Of a stretch of 64,000 nt of DNA, positions 24,705-43,497 are shown piece after piece (position 1 is the stretch's first letter; every line of letters begins with the position of its first letter). Source of the stretch: Macrostomum hystrix (Eukaryota > Animalia > Platyhelminthes); the NCBI GenBank assembly GCA_950097015.1, contig CATNEN010000007.1:6076001-6140000 (forward strand). Direction: 5' to 3'. The translations under genes were made by a program, and so were the position numbers. The notes below the pieces were generated by a model. That model was not told the origin of the DNA. It made no database searches and saw nothing but the letters and a program-made list of their open reading frames with translations.

Positions 24705-25280
24705 CTGTAGACCCGTGAGATTATCTAATTGTAGACCCGTGAGATTATCTAATTGTAGACCCGTGAGATTATCTAATTGTAGACCCGTGAGATTATCTAA
24801 TTGTAGACCCGTGAGATTATCTGATTATAGACCCTGAGATTATCTGATTCTAGACCCGTGAGATTATCTGATTCTAGACCCGTGAGATTATCTGATTCTA
24901 GACCCGTGAGATTATCTGATTCTAGACCCATGAGATTATCTGATTGTAGACCCGTGAGATTATCTGATTGTAGACCCGTGAGATTATCTAATTTAAGACC
25001 TGTAAGATTATCTAATTTAAGACCTGTAAGATTATCTAAGTGTAGACCCGTGAGATTATCTGATTCTAGACCCGTGAGATAATCTGATTCTAGACCCGTG
25101 AGATTATCTGATTCTAGACCCGTGAGATTATCTGATTCTAGACCCGTGAGATAATCTGATTGTAGACCCGTGAGATTATCTGATTGTAGACCCGTGAGAT
25201 TATCTAATTGTAGACCCGTGAGATTATCTAATTTAAGACCTGTAAGATTATCTAAGTGTAGACACGTAAGATGATCTAAT
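24705..25280. repeat. 21-bp minisatellite (TAGACCCGTGAGATTATCTGA-type)
   Basis: About 27 units; nearly every unit has AGATTATCT. Confidence 0.95.
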
Positions 25281-27154
25281 TATGGACTAGTCTATAGACT
25301 TAGGATCCTAGGATTATCTAATCCTGATAGGTGATGCATGTTGCCTGTCTTCCTCTCGATAAATCGGGTTGGTACTTATCCGGTCGCGGCTTCGGATTGT
25401 AAAGCCTTACTAAATAAGCAAAGTCAATATTATTCAGCAGTTTATAACTACATAGCTGATCCTTCTCAGTTTATGACCATTTATAATCAGGCTTTGCTGT
25501 GCAGTTTTCACAGCAATCCTACTATAGTGGGGCATACATTTTTTATTTGATTGTTGTAAATCCGGCAAATTTTCAGCAACACCTTGAAGGGGGTGAAAGT
25601 GTTGAAATCCCTTAGCGACCTTGTCCAGGTGTGTGTGCATTAAAACGCTTTACGGCTAAGCAAGCGAACCGGCAGTCAATGATGTTTGATGTTTGGATTG
25701 ACCATTCGATTCAAAACTAGTTTTAAAATAGTCATGATCATGAATTTCACAATGCGAGGTCTTTGTTTTAGTTGACTTTGTTTAAATAAAAGGGCTAAGA
25801 AACGATGGGGCGTGCGAATTTCGATAAATTTTACAAGAATATCCAGTAAATAATAAATTGGCATAAACAACACTTCAAACACATGCTTCATCATAGTTTT
25901 TCAGCTAATTTCCAGCATCCTCAAAACTCTGATCATTGTTGCTGAATCGAAAGCATTGTGTAGATTTTTAAAAAATAATTGTTTTTAAACGAAACATGGG
26001 AAAATAAATCAGCAGCAGCAGCAGATCGCATGACTGATAAATCCGCGGCTTTTGTCTGCTGCTAAAAATAGCAATCGAAGTGGAGCTGGTGTGTGCTCGG
26101 AGCTGGGAATCCTCCTAATCGCAGTTTGGAATCTTCCCAAGCTCCATCATTGAGTGGGGATTTTTTTCGACAGGCCAAGCGCAAAAATTAGCCTGGCAGG
26201 TAGAAAAATACAATTTGAGCAACAATTGTCTCGGAGCCATTGTGCCGGCCCCCAACTCTAGCGCTGTTTCGCTCGGACCCGCATGCGAAACTGAGGCAAA
26301 CACGGCCCTTCCTTCATCCATCCTTACTCAAACCGATCTCAAGCCAGGCACATAATTAAGGAAAAAATTAGCTCGAAATCTGCAGCTCAAATCTGCACCC
26401 CCGGCCTCTCATTGTGCGGGCCTCAACCAGATTCTCTCGCTCAACTCTCTCTTTCGGCTGCCCACTTCTCCGCATTTGAGGAGCTGCCGCAGTGTCTCTG
26501 TGCGCCCTGGCTTCCCTCTCTGGGGAGCTGCGGGAGGGGCCCCGAAGGTGGCCTGCCCGAAGCGGCGCAGGAGAAAATCGCTGCAGCCATCAGGGCCGCC
26601 CCGGTCCTCCGGGGGCCCCGCCTCATCAAGATAAGGAGGCCAAAAACACAGCAGCATCCGCGTGCCTTCCTGCCCGGCTCTCCCGCATACCGATGCGAGG
26701 ATTTTTATCCCTAATTTTTTTGGAAAGAGGGATAAAAAATTTCCGGACAGTTTCGACCGCCGCTGCTCATGTCTGTCAAAAAATTCCCCATTCTGAAAAA
26801 TGTCGGCGCACAAGGATTTCTTTCACTGTTTTGCCTCCCATTATGAACCCATGATCCCATGTGGGCGAAAGTTCCAGGGATGGCGGAGGAAAAGTATCCA
26901 AGAAACTGACAGTTTTCTTAGAAACTGAATGCAGGTTTGACAGACGGCTGCGATTGAAATCCCAGATGGGAGCTGAACAGGGAGCTGAACAGGGAGCCCG
27001 ATCTCAATTCTCAAAGCTTAGGCAATGTGTCCATTGTGCATTTAAAATCATGTTTTACAGGCCAACTGAATCACACACTTTCTAGCAGAGGAAATTTCGA
27101 AAGATCCGAGTATAATTTGACCGCATGAAAGAGCACCAGACTTCAGGACCGAGC

Positions 27155-27945
27155 CTGCCATTAACCAATTTCTTCAGGTTGGAACCAACATTAACCAATT
27201 TCTTAAGGTTGGATCCATCATTAACCAATTTCTTAAGGTTGGATCCATCATTAACCTATTTCTTCAGGTTGGAACCACCATTAACTTATTTCTTCAGGTT
27301 GGAACCATCATTAACTTATTTCTTCAGGTTGGAACCAACATTAACCAATTTCTTCAGGTTGGAACCATCATTAACTTATTTCTTCAGGTTGGAACCACAT
27401 TAACCAATTTCTTCAGGTTGGATCCATCATTAACCAATTTCTTCAGGTTGGAACCATCATTAACTTATTTCTTCAGGTTGGATCCATCATTAACCTATTT
27501 CTTCAGGTTGGATCCATCATTAACCAATTTCTTCAGGTTGGATCCATCATTAACCAATTTCTTCAGGTTGGAACCATCATTAACCAATTTCTTCAGGTTG
27601 GATCCATCATTAACCAATTTCTTCAGGTTGGAACCATCATTAACCTATTTCTTCAGGTTGGATCCATCATTAACCTATTTCTTCAGGTTGGAACCATTAT
27701 TAACCTATTTCTTCAGGTTGGATCCATCATTAACCAATTTCTTCAGGTTGGAACCATCATTAAGCTATTTCTTCAGGTAGGAACCATCATTAACTTATTT
27801 CTTCAGGTTGGAACCATTATTAACCTATTTCTTCAGGTTGGAACCATCATTAAGCTATTTCTTCAGGTTGGAACCATCATTAAGCTATTTCTTCAGGTTG
27901 GAACCATCATTAACTTATTTCTTCAGGTTGGAACGGCCATTAATC
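27155..27945. repeat. 30-bp minisatellite (CCATCATTAACCAATTTCTTCAGGTTGGAW)
   Basis: Visible directly. Confidence 0.95.
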
Positions 27946-28759
27946 AATAGTTTCAGGATTTTCATTTCTCATGATAAGCATACTTCATAACTACATTCCA
28001 ATGTGTCCATTAGGAAATTTGCATCAAAAAATAGAACTTGGCAGCTTTCAGTCTGGGGGCGAACCGGCGCATGATGCTTTGATGTCGCCCTGAGACGAAA
28101 TCGCATCTGCGTCGTGAAGGAGTCAAAAGGATTTTCGAACAGACCCGAGTGCCTGCTCTTCTTCAGATCCGAAGCAAAATAAGATCAGGGGGCAAGAGTG
28201 AAAGCAGAGAGCTTTGTTTTGTTATAATCAGGCCAGTCTACCTTTCAAAAAACGCTGCATCGGGCAAGTGTAGATAAAAATCTCACTTTGAAAGAAATAT
28301 TATACGGGTCGGCCGGCCCACATTTTCTTTTCTCCTCGCCTCGCCTTCGACGAAAAAACAAAAAAAGACTGGCGCAAGGCGACGCCAAAATCTGATTAAA
28401 AAAAAATTCCGTTCATTGTCTACCTCCGCCCGCCTCGCCCGCCGCGTGTCAAAATGAATGATCTGACATAGGAGATATGACTGGTTCCTCCCCTACTGAC
28501 TTGTCCCCTCCGCAATGTCCAATGCATTCTATAGCATTGCTGGCTCTATGCAGACTGCGCCGCAGTAGCTGCAGTGGGAGAAAAGATTTACAATAGCGCT
28601 GGACAGTCGTGTCCCACCTCTCTGATTTCTTCAGCGCTCTGTCTGCAAAAGGTCGAATGTGACAAAACATTTTAGCCCTGTCAGGCGGTGCGAATGTCAA
28701 CATAAATCGGTTCAGACATAAAATATATTCGATATCTAATGCGTGTCTTTGAGCATCTT

Positions 28760-29560
28760 CTGACAGTTCAGAGCACTATCTGACAGACAGTTCTGAGCGA
28801 TGTCTGACAGACAGTTTTGAGCGATGTCTGACAGACAGTTCTGAGCTCTATCTGACATACAGTTCAGAGCTCTATCTGACATACAGTTCAGAGCTCTATC
28901 TGACAGACAGTTCAGAGCTCTATCTGACAGACAGTTCAGAGCTCTATCTGACAGACAGTTCAGAGCTCTATCTGACATACAGTTCAGAGCTCTATCTGAC
29001 AGACAGTTCAGAGCTCTATCTGACATACAGTTCAGAGCTCTATCTGACAGACAGTTCAGAGCTCTATCTGACAGACAGTTCAGAGCTCTATCTGACAGAC
29101 AGTTCAGAGCTCTATCTGACAGACAGTTCAGAGCTCTATCTGACAGACAGTTCAGAGCTCTATCTGACAGACAGTTCAGAGCTCTATCTGACATACAGTT
29201 CAGAGCTCTATCTGACATACAGTTCAGAGCTCTATCTGGCAGACAGTTCTGAGCGATTTCTGACAGACAGTTTTGAGGGATCTCTGAGAGACAGTTTTGA
29301 GCTCTGTCTGACACACAGTTTTAAGCGATGTCTGACACACAGTTTTAAGCGATGTCTGACACAGTTTTAAGCGATGTCTGACACACAGTTTTAAGCGATG
29401 TCTGACACAGTTTTAAGCGATGTCTGACACACAGTTTTAAGCGATGTCTGACACACAGTTTTAAGCGATGTCTGACACACAGTTTTAAGCGATGTCTGAC
29501 ACACAGTTTTAAGCGATGTCTGACACACAGTTTTGAGCAATGTCTGACAGACAGTTCTGA
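28760..29560. repeat. 24-bp minisatellite with two sub-variants (TCTGACAGACAGTTCAGAGCTCTA grading to TCTGACACACAGTTTTAAGCGATG)
   Basis: Visible directly; polar variant gradient along the array. Confidence 0.95.
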
Positions 29561-30019
29561 GCGTCGTCTGGCAGTACGTGAAAAGAAAGTATATACAAAA
29601 GGCAGTATGTCTTTACTCTCATTTAACATTTTACGATGTTATGATGAACATTTTTATTCGTCATTTCACGTTGATCAGTTAAAAAGCTTCCAGTGCTAAA
29701 AAAATGGGATCAGTTTAGATTTTAGATTTAGAAAAAAGTACTTGTATAACATAATTTGGTCATTGTAACAAAAACTAATTTTAATTATAAACAGCCTTAG
29801 TACAATCAACATTACAAAAACTTGTTCGCAACTAAGCTTAAGAGAAAATAAGAGGCAATAAAGTCCAGCCTGCGGGGAAAATAGCAATCTTTTCACAATA
29901 GAGCAGCAATAAGTAGAGCAGAGTATAGATCAAAAACACAGCGAAGCATATTTAGGGGCTAAATTTACTACTTATGGTAGCAGGGGAGGTAATAATTTGC
30001 ATCTGCAGGAAGTTTTAGC

Positions 30020-30235
30020 CCCATGGACGAAGCTTCGTACTTCTGATTGAGAGCGAGGTCAGGAGTTCAAATCTCAGCCCTAGGACACAAATTTTGTTGA
30101 TGAGGAGTGCGCATAGACATAATTATTTATTTAGTTACCCCAGCTGAGAAATGGGTAGAATGAGTAGTTAACTGGTTGTGGTGGCCTCCCCCCAGTCCAT
30201 GGACTGTACAGCTGCACGAAGTCTTTTGTACATTT
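30020..30235 (+). mobile_element. SINE family B (CORE-like)
   Basis: B box GGAGTTCAAATC, CORE-like CAGCTGAGAAATGGG, 3' CCCAGTCCATGGACTGTACAGCTG. Confidence 0.65.
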
Positions 30236-30426
30236 AGGCCCAATTTTGGTATTAATTCGATCAGTTCTGTCTAATGATCTGCCAATTTGGCATGCATGGC
30301 TAGCTTTAAGTTTTCATATCGCAACGCGAAATCAAAGACATTTTGCAAGCTTTCAGCTTCAAAACAGAAGAAAAAATGGACGGAATTTGTGTCGGGGCAA
30401 ATCCACGGAACCAGTCAAATCCGCAT

Positions 30427-35552
<5,126 letters not shown>

Positions 35553-37047
35553 CAGCAATCAATCATTCCGTGTGGGAACTGTTGATCTGAAGTTTAAATT
35601 ATGGTGATCACCAAAGCTTTAAGCTTATAGAAACTTTCACAGTCTGTAAATACTAAGCTAAGAAAAAAGAAATTACAGTTAAGTTAGGTAAGGCGAGAAA
35701 CCTATCCAGTAGAACATGCACATGTATTAAGCTTTGTCTCTGTCGTTTTTCCGTAAACAACTCTGGACGCACTTATGAATAGTAACACAATATCCGTAGA
35801 AAATATTAAGCGACCTAAATATTAAGCAATCTAAAATATTAAATCTGTTTTAACAGATTAGATAGTTGCCTAAGATGGGACTACTAATGGTATTTGAAAT
35901 TTTCGCCATAAATGAAAAATTCTGATTGTTTCAAAACTTCGTATTCCTTGCATTATAAAACCCTGTATGGATTAGATTGCGCAAGTGAAAATGTGTATAT
36001 GCCTGTTCTGCTGATCAGAAATGTAATTAAAGAACTGATCAAAGATTACATTTAATATAAAGCGTTTAGTTATTGTAGGATAAAAGTACTTAAGATTACT
36101 TCAAACAAGCATAATAATTATACGTGGTTACTATAATTTTTACTGTCCATTAGTTATTGTTAATATGCAGTTGTGATTTTCGAAGCGCAAATAATCTACA
36201 GAGAGATACTTATTGCTATATTTATAATTTGAATGCCTTAAACATAATGCTGTAAAAAAACATGGTCTTAATAAAATCAAAGAGAAATTGTATTAATTTT
36301 TTTACTCGACAGAAACAAACAACTTCTTATCATTGATATATATAAGTAAGATTTTTTTCAAAGTAACACATGCTGCATTGATTTAGAAAAAAATTCTACA
36401 ATAAGCTAGAGATAAAAATTCTAAGTTCTTTAGAACAGAGAAATATTAGGAACAATGATGACCGTCTAGTAGTGAATGAATATTTAAGAGTTAATGAATA
36501 TTTACTTCATAAAGTAAGACAAATGTAAAAACTACATTCGCAGCGATTTTAAACATTCAACATGGCAAATTGCCATGGCAAATATTTAAAACACATATTT
36601 AAGTACCTAAAAATTAATTTAAATAAAATTTTATTTTCAGTACGCTAAGTAAATGTACTTTTTTATTTATTAGATCAAAACGTCACTACTTTTGTTATAC
36701 TGCTTAATATTAAATTTTTTAATTTGTTTGATATTTGACAGGGTTATTGTGTATTCGGAAGAAAAAATTATAGGACCATTACTGTCTCGCTGGTGTGATT
36801 GACTTTTGTTTCCTTTAAATACTCTAGCTGTAATATCTAAAGCATCTGAAGCGTTATTCAGTACCTATAAAATTCTATCTCAGCAAAATTTTCTACTTGA
36901 CAACAATATCTTCAATCGAAATCTGAGCAACTTAGCAAACTTTTATTTTTTATAGTTAACTAAATATATTCTTAAGACTAAATCTACGGAATAATTAGCT
37001 ACTTGATTTGCACATTTTTTTCCATTAGAAAATCGCATCTAAACATT

Positions 37048-39733
37048 ATGGTTAACTATGTAAAAGGTACTCTGGTGAAGTGGTAAGTAAAATTTGCTTA
37101 GCTAAAAAGCTTAGCTATGGTACATATTCTTAAAAATTTTAGAGCTACCATTGTCAAAGATATAGTTTTTATTCCATTTCTAATATTAATTTTTTTACTT
37201 TTGCAATACCATTCCATATGCTGCTTTACATAAAAATTTTAAAGTTAATCATTACAATTATTCTTTATTAAAAAATAACTTTTCTTTTTTGCACTGTTTT
37301 TGCTTTATGCAAATGCTAGTCCTAAAAACTTGGCTCAGAGTTTATGAAGAAAAAGTAAAGTGTAAAAATTATTTTAAATATTATGTAAAAATTTTATTAT
37401 ACTACTGTATATATCTTAAATAGTTTTAAGAACTTTAAGAGTTTTAAGGCAACTTAAAGCACAAAAATGCCCTAGGGATTTGTTATTGTAAATTTTGCTC
37501 ATTTGTTTAAATCACAGGAGAATAAAACAAAAAAGTGAAAGCAAGTTACTTAATTATAGGCCTAGTATTCTAATCTTTATGTAAACTTACAAATATCAAA
37601 ATTCTTTATTTTTACATACCTTTAAAACTTGAGATTTTTCTGCCCACTTCAATAACAAAAATAGTTACATGAAGTTATAATATGTACTTAACTTAATTTT
37701 AAGACCATTAAGAATTTCTTGGAAATTAATTTAATGCAATTTAAAGTTACATTAAAAACAACAATTTAATGACAAAAACTCAATCAAACACTTATGTTTA
37801 AATAGTTCCTTTTAAAATGTTCTTTGTGCTGATTCAAGATTAAAGTTTTAAGATTCAAGATTGATTCAATTTTAATTTCAATTTCAATTTTAATTCAGCA
37901 ATGTTTTAAAGAGTCAAGACCAGTCCCTGCTCAAGACAAGACTGCCAGTCTAGTGCAGTCGTGAATTACATTGTCTAGAAAATGATTTTAAATGGGCATA
38001 AGTGGGCTAACATTGACACACTGGTTTTACTAATTAATTAATTTATTAACATAATTATTTATTGATTGTGCTGTGTTGCTTGTTTGAAATTAAGATATTA
38101 AAGTTTATTGTATAAATGAATAGCTATGACTAGGACTAGGTCCACATAGATTTTGCTTGTACTTTTGGGGACAGCTTTTAAAAAGGATTTTCCAACCCAG
38201 GAACCCATGTTGGAAATTATGCAGAAAATTGTTCAGAATAAGTCAAATACATGAGAATTTTTCTTTATGTGTTTCTGAGCTTCTCACTTAGCAGAGTGTT
38301 AGTGGAAGTTAGTTGCAAATTTATAATCAGTAAAATATAACTAGGAGCTAAGGTTGAGCAGCTAACACTTATTTGAGAGTTAATAAAGTTCAAAATATAT
38401 TAGAATAATCATACTGTTGCACCACTAGATGCCAGTTAATAATTAATTTTGCATTAAATCACAATCACATCTTGGAATTTCTACCTTATTGGCAAACTTG
38501 GCCAGCCTTTAGTATTCACTTTGAGCAGCGCTAGTAAGTACTCGTACTTTACAACTTTAAATGACACTTAACTACAAAGGATGAAATATAGGATAAACTG
38601 AGCCACTGCTTTTCATGCTTTCTACCTCTAGCAGCTTAAGTAAATGTTTCTTATTGCAGTCTCATGCTGTACATTATAAGTGGCTGGAAAGTGGCCGTAT
38701 ACAAGTGTAGTTGCCCAATTGGAACAATTTCGGCACCTCTTGGCCACTTGCATCCGGCCACTTATAATGCTTCAGGTTCAGCGCTAGGAATGCCATCAGG
38801 TACAAGATCATAGAATCTAGAGTGACTCATTCTTGATTTCAAAATATGATGTTACTCTACTCCAACAATTGTTAGAATCATCCTTGATAATGCTTACTGT
38901 CCTTTCTGAATTGAAAATGCATTCAAGGTGCAAGACTTTCATCTTAATGCTTCTCTAGTATATCTCTAGCTTCTCTTGAATGGCACTGGGAAAGACTGAC
39001 TGCTACCATTCTAAAGCAGCCAGTTTCAGTTGATCTGATGGTCAAATTTTCAAAGATATTCCATACACTATATGTCAGCATTATCCATGAACACTATTAA
39101 TCATTAGGATTGCACCCCGCTCATTAAGAATTTGGCTGTCAGCCTCAGTTTCAGCCTACAAAATATGATATACATTTTTGTTTGTCACTTTTCTTAGTAG
39201 TGAAGTAATTTTTATCCTTCATAGGCATGACACTAATTTCTTTAGCTTGCCCTGCTGAGAAATGTCACAATTCTCAAAAGGCGCAGATAAAACCAAAATG
39301 TATAGAATATAATTTGTTTAATTTGTTTAGCTTTAATTACATAAATTAGGCCGACATATCAGAAGTTGCAGTAACCACTTCGATTTAGAATTTGTTAGTG
39401 TAGAAAGCTACTAGAAGATTTGCATAAGAGGTATTTTTTGCTGTGTGTAATAAATCCTGATATGCTAATTGCAAGCTGATCTGCTTGTTAATTTTGTATA
39501 CATCTGTAATTTAATTAACAGCCCATGTTTCCTAACCTTATCCCAGCGATCCAGCGATGAAGCAACTTCTACTGCACCTGTCCGAGTCTCACGCCCTGGG
39601 CAAAGCCTTCGTTGTGATGGATTTGGACGAGGAGCACCTGTTTGTTGAGACTTCGATGGTGGATAAAATCAAGGAAAAACTAGCCTCGGAGATGGACAGA
39701 ATTTCTTACACGCCGTCAAGTGTTTATGAGTAG
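37048..39733 (+). CDS. GTF2H5: TFIIH subunit p8/TTDA (Tfb5), 73 aa, 2 exons; absent from the ORF track
   Basis: Exon 37048-37082 MVNYVKGTLVK-C (tg|gtaagt) plus exon 39547-39733 DPAMKQLLLHLSESHALGKAFVVMDLDEEHLFV...*. Aligns with human [45 protein letters not shown]. Confidence 0.95.
37683..38265 (+). repeat. About 600-bp AT-rich segment duplicated at 41420-42042
   Basis: Colinear matches from TACTTAACTTAATTTTAAGACCATTAAGAATTTCTTGGAAA through GTCAAATA..GAGAATTTTT. Confidence 0.9.
38672..38769. other. 98-bp inverted repeat (tiny MITE or hairpin RNA) in the GTF2H5 intron
   Basis: CATTATAAGTGGCTGGA..AAGTGGCC pairs with GGCCACTT..TCCGGCCACTTATAATG. Confidence 0.6.
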
Positions 39734-41419
39734 TTTAAAGAAAATTAATTTAAACTACATTGCAATGCTTTTTTGCTTCTTTAAGCCGTGTGCCTTTCTG
39801 CATTTCAATTTTTTATAATTAAAAGTTTTCCTCTATGTTTCACTTAGGCTAACAACAAGTGTATTGCAACACAAATTTATGTTTAGCAGGGCCCGATTCT
39901 GTACAGGCCAAAAAGTTTTTACGATAGGTGCATGAGTGGAAATTCAGTAAAATAAGATTTTTTATTTTAACAACAATGACATGTTTATATCTTATTACAA
40001 TAAACCCAGAAGTGTAACAATGTTTAATAATTGGCTAATACTAGCTCAATTGTATTGTGGATGATTCCATTTTTTGTGTTTATGTATTAGAAACAACAAT
40101 TTATTTTCGCAATTTACTGGGAGCTTCTAGCTTTTAATCTCGGATTTCTAACAGATAGGTCGTGAGTTCGAATTTCTACACCAGGGTCTATAACGGGTAT
40201 GGTTTGCTGGGGTAGAAATTAGGTGGGTGTTCCGGCTCTCAGTCCATGGACATGTGTAATATCTTATTTTATCTTATTTTAACTTACAGGGATGATATGT
40301 ATCATAATATCAGAACATGCATTTAATAAGTAAATATGCAAAAGCGTAGGTAACTGAACTTACTTTATGTGTAGAGCAGACGTTTACAAAAGCAGAATGC
40401 GTTGTCGCTAAAGTCGCTGTTCCACCAAGACAACCTTTAGAGGAAAAACGATGAAAGTCAAATTACGTGATAAAAGCATCGGCATAGCAAAAGCCAAAAG
40501 CAAAGCCATGGCGGAGACCCCCGGCCTGATGTTGGACGTGCTCTTTGGTACTCAAGTCGATCAGCTCAACGAAATTGAACCCTGCCATGCCCATTGTACT
40601 GCATGTTTCTTCAAAATGTCCCAGCATGCAAGTATTTTGCCAGAAACTGTCAGCCGGACGAGAAATTTGTTGGAAGACGTGCTGGCAGACGAGGGTAAAT
40701 CCAGTTGGTGAATCTGTGTATTATGTTGTTCTCTCGGTGTTTTTCTAAGACAACAACTTGCGGAGGGATCCTTAAAAAGGCTGAGATGAAATGCAGTAAA
40801 GATATGATGTACATTTTTACAGCATGGCTATTCATGCCTTTCTCCAGTCTTTTCTTCCGCCCTCAGTTCTATTAGTCAAGACTCGCTTTCCATTCGGCTC
40901 GGTCAATTTTATGGATTTTTACATCTCTACATATGGCTCCACTACATTACCAGAGGATTCAGATCAAAATTAATCTTTCTAAAATTCATAGAAGCATTAT
41001 GTTTTGCAAGATATTACAAGAACAGCATCTGCTTCCAAAAAAATTATCAATATGTTAATGTAAAATATTGAAATTTTCCAATCTTGCTGGTGCATTTTGC
41101 ACTAAAATATGCCTTTAATAATTTTTCTAACAAACGAAGTGTTAGGTCTTTCTTCTAGTAGTCCTTACTAAAATTCAGTAGCCTACTAAAATCTCTAGCT
41201 TTTAGTACAGATAAAAATTAGTCGCAACTGTTTACTCGATATACTGTTACAGCTTGCGAATGGACCATCGACGCATTAAACAGGCTTTAAAGTCGGTGCA
41301 AAATATTTCTTAAATTTAACGCTCTCTTTCGTTAAATATTGCTTCATGGAAAACTTTTCTGAACATTTAAATGACGAAAAACAGTTACATACTCTGGACA
41401 CAGTGTTGATGATTATATC

Positions 41420-42042
41420 TATACTTAACTTAATTTTAAGACCATTAAGAATTTCTTGGAAAGAATTTAGTGCAATTGAAAGTTACATTAAAAACTACAA
41501 TTTTATGACAGAAACACAATCAAACGCCTATGTTGTAATAGTTCTTTTTTAAATGTTCTGTGTCCTGATTCAAGATTGAAGTTTTTAAGATTCAAGATTG
41601 ATTTGATTCAAACCATAAGCATAAAAACATGCACTTTTTGTTTAAAGCTCAATTTTAATTCAGCAATGTTTTAAAGAGTCAAGACCAATCCCTGCTCAAG
41701 ACAAGACTGCCAGTCCAGTGCAGTCGTGAATTACATTATCTAGAAAACGATTTTAAATGGGCATAAGTTAACATTGCTAACATTAACACATTGGTATTAC
41801 TAATCAATTACACTATCAACATCGTTAGTTAATGATTGTGCTGTGCTGCTTGTTTGAAATTAAGTTATTATAGTTGATTGTATAAATGAATAGCTATGAC
41901 TGGACTAGGTACAGTATAGATTTTGCTTGTACTTAAATTGGGGACAGCTTTGAAAGGTGATTTTCCAATGGAACCCATGTAGGAAATCAAGCAAAAAATG
42001 CAGGAAATTGCTCAGAAAAAGTCAAATATGTGAGAATTTTTC
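41420..42042 (+). repeat. Second copy of the 37683-38265 segment
   Basis: Colinear with the first copy, with scattered substitutions and short indels. Confidence 0.9.
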
Positions 42043-42468
42043 TGTTGGTCAAGTTTGTCTGGGCTAAATGCTTCTGGTTCTTGCATTTCAGGTCAACCAT
42101 CAACCATAGTTATTTTTGCAGATTTCACTACAAACCTTTTCTCTATTATAAGGGCCCTATGTCTATGTGATGTTTCAGTTGAATAACTTGCCACTTTAAC
42201 GTTTTTAATGTAAAAACGTTTCAAAGCTAAAAGTGAACCAAAACAGTTCAGTAAAAAAAGAAATGGTTTCTGTTAACTTAGCAAAAGTTTAGCTATGGCT
42301 TATTAAAAGTTAACAAAGAGGCAAATTCTTATTAACATTTTCTAACAGATCAAAGTTTATCAATTAACCAATGCCCAACACTGCTTGTAATTTTTAGGCC
42401 TATTCACAAACTGTATTTACTTAGGCCTATTGTCCTTAACAAGCATTTTTTATATATACCTGGATATA

Positions 42469-43009
42469 CGAGGGGTGTTGCAAAATTTTCCGGACTAATG
42501 CTAATCCTGGTGACAATTCATGTTTGATTTGGCTGAAAATTGATGTCTATGGTATTCAGCCATAGAAAAGACTTTTCCAAAAATTTTATGCAGCTTAGTC
42601 AACCACAGCATACATGAGGGCCAAAATAGGTTGCAACCCTTTGAAGCTGTTGACATGATTTTTCACAAACCAAAAGTGAGCAAAAATGAGTCGACCAAAG
42701 AATCCATCAGAGTTCTGGTCTAAGGAAAGCCAGCGCCACTTTATCATGGCATGCCAACGATAGGGCAAAACAGCCAATTTCTGATTTTCACTGATTTCCA
42801 CCTCTTTGGCCCAATGAAGATACCAATGTGGGGCAAGATCTTCACAACACGCAAGGTCATCAAAGCAGCTAACAAGTCTCTACGTCAGTTCGATGCCAGC
42901 TTCTGGGGGTCTGGCTTCGACAAGCTGATTGAGCGCTATCAAAAATGCAATCAGACTAAAATTATCACCATGACAAGCATTAGTCCAGAAACTTTTGCAA
43001 CACCCCTCG
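42469..43009 (+). mobile_element. Internally deleted mariner (Tc1/mariner) non-autonomous element, 541 bp
   Basis: TIRs CGAGGGGTGTTGCAAAATTTTCCGGACTAATGCT / AGCATTAGTCCAGAAACTTTTGCAACACCCCTCG, TA on both sides (42467-68, 43010-11). Remnant DFHLFGPMK...FWGSGFDKLIERYQKC matches the mariner transposase C-terminus. Confidence 0.92.
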
Positions 43010-43497
43010 TACTTAATTAAGTAAAAATATGTTTATATGGAATAAATAAGTCCATATTTATTAAACTTTTGCAATAAGTATAATTGTTTAATAAATTTAA
43101 AATGATAGATTTGTGGAGCCATATATAAGGTTTTTACTTTATGTGTTCTGGTTGTTTGGTCAACCAGAATACTTAATTCGATAATTTCTGAAGCTTTTGC
43201 AGTTACTTATTACATTTGCTAGTTTGCTGTATAAATGCAACAATTATAATATATCTTTGTATATGGCCAAGCAAAAATATAATGTTTTAGTTTCTTTAAA
43301 TACTGTTTCTGCTACTTGATATACCATCTTAGAAGACCTGTGCATTAAATTTAATTATTTAAATGTAAGTTTTTATAAGGAAATTTTTGTTTAAAATAAA
43401 CAGTACTTTTAGTTGCTCTTCACACTATTTTTTTGTAAGCAATGTTTTCTAAACTTGAGTCTTTAAACTTCATTGAAGCTGCAGCTGCTCTGGCACA

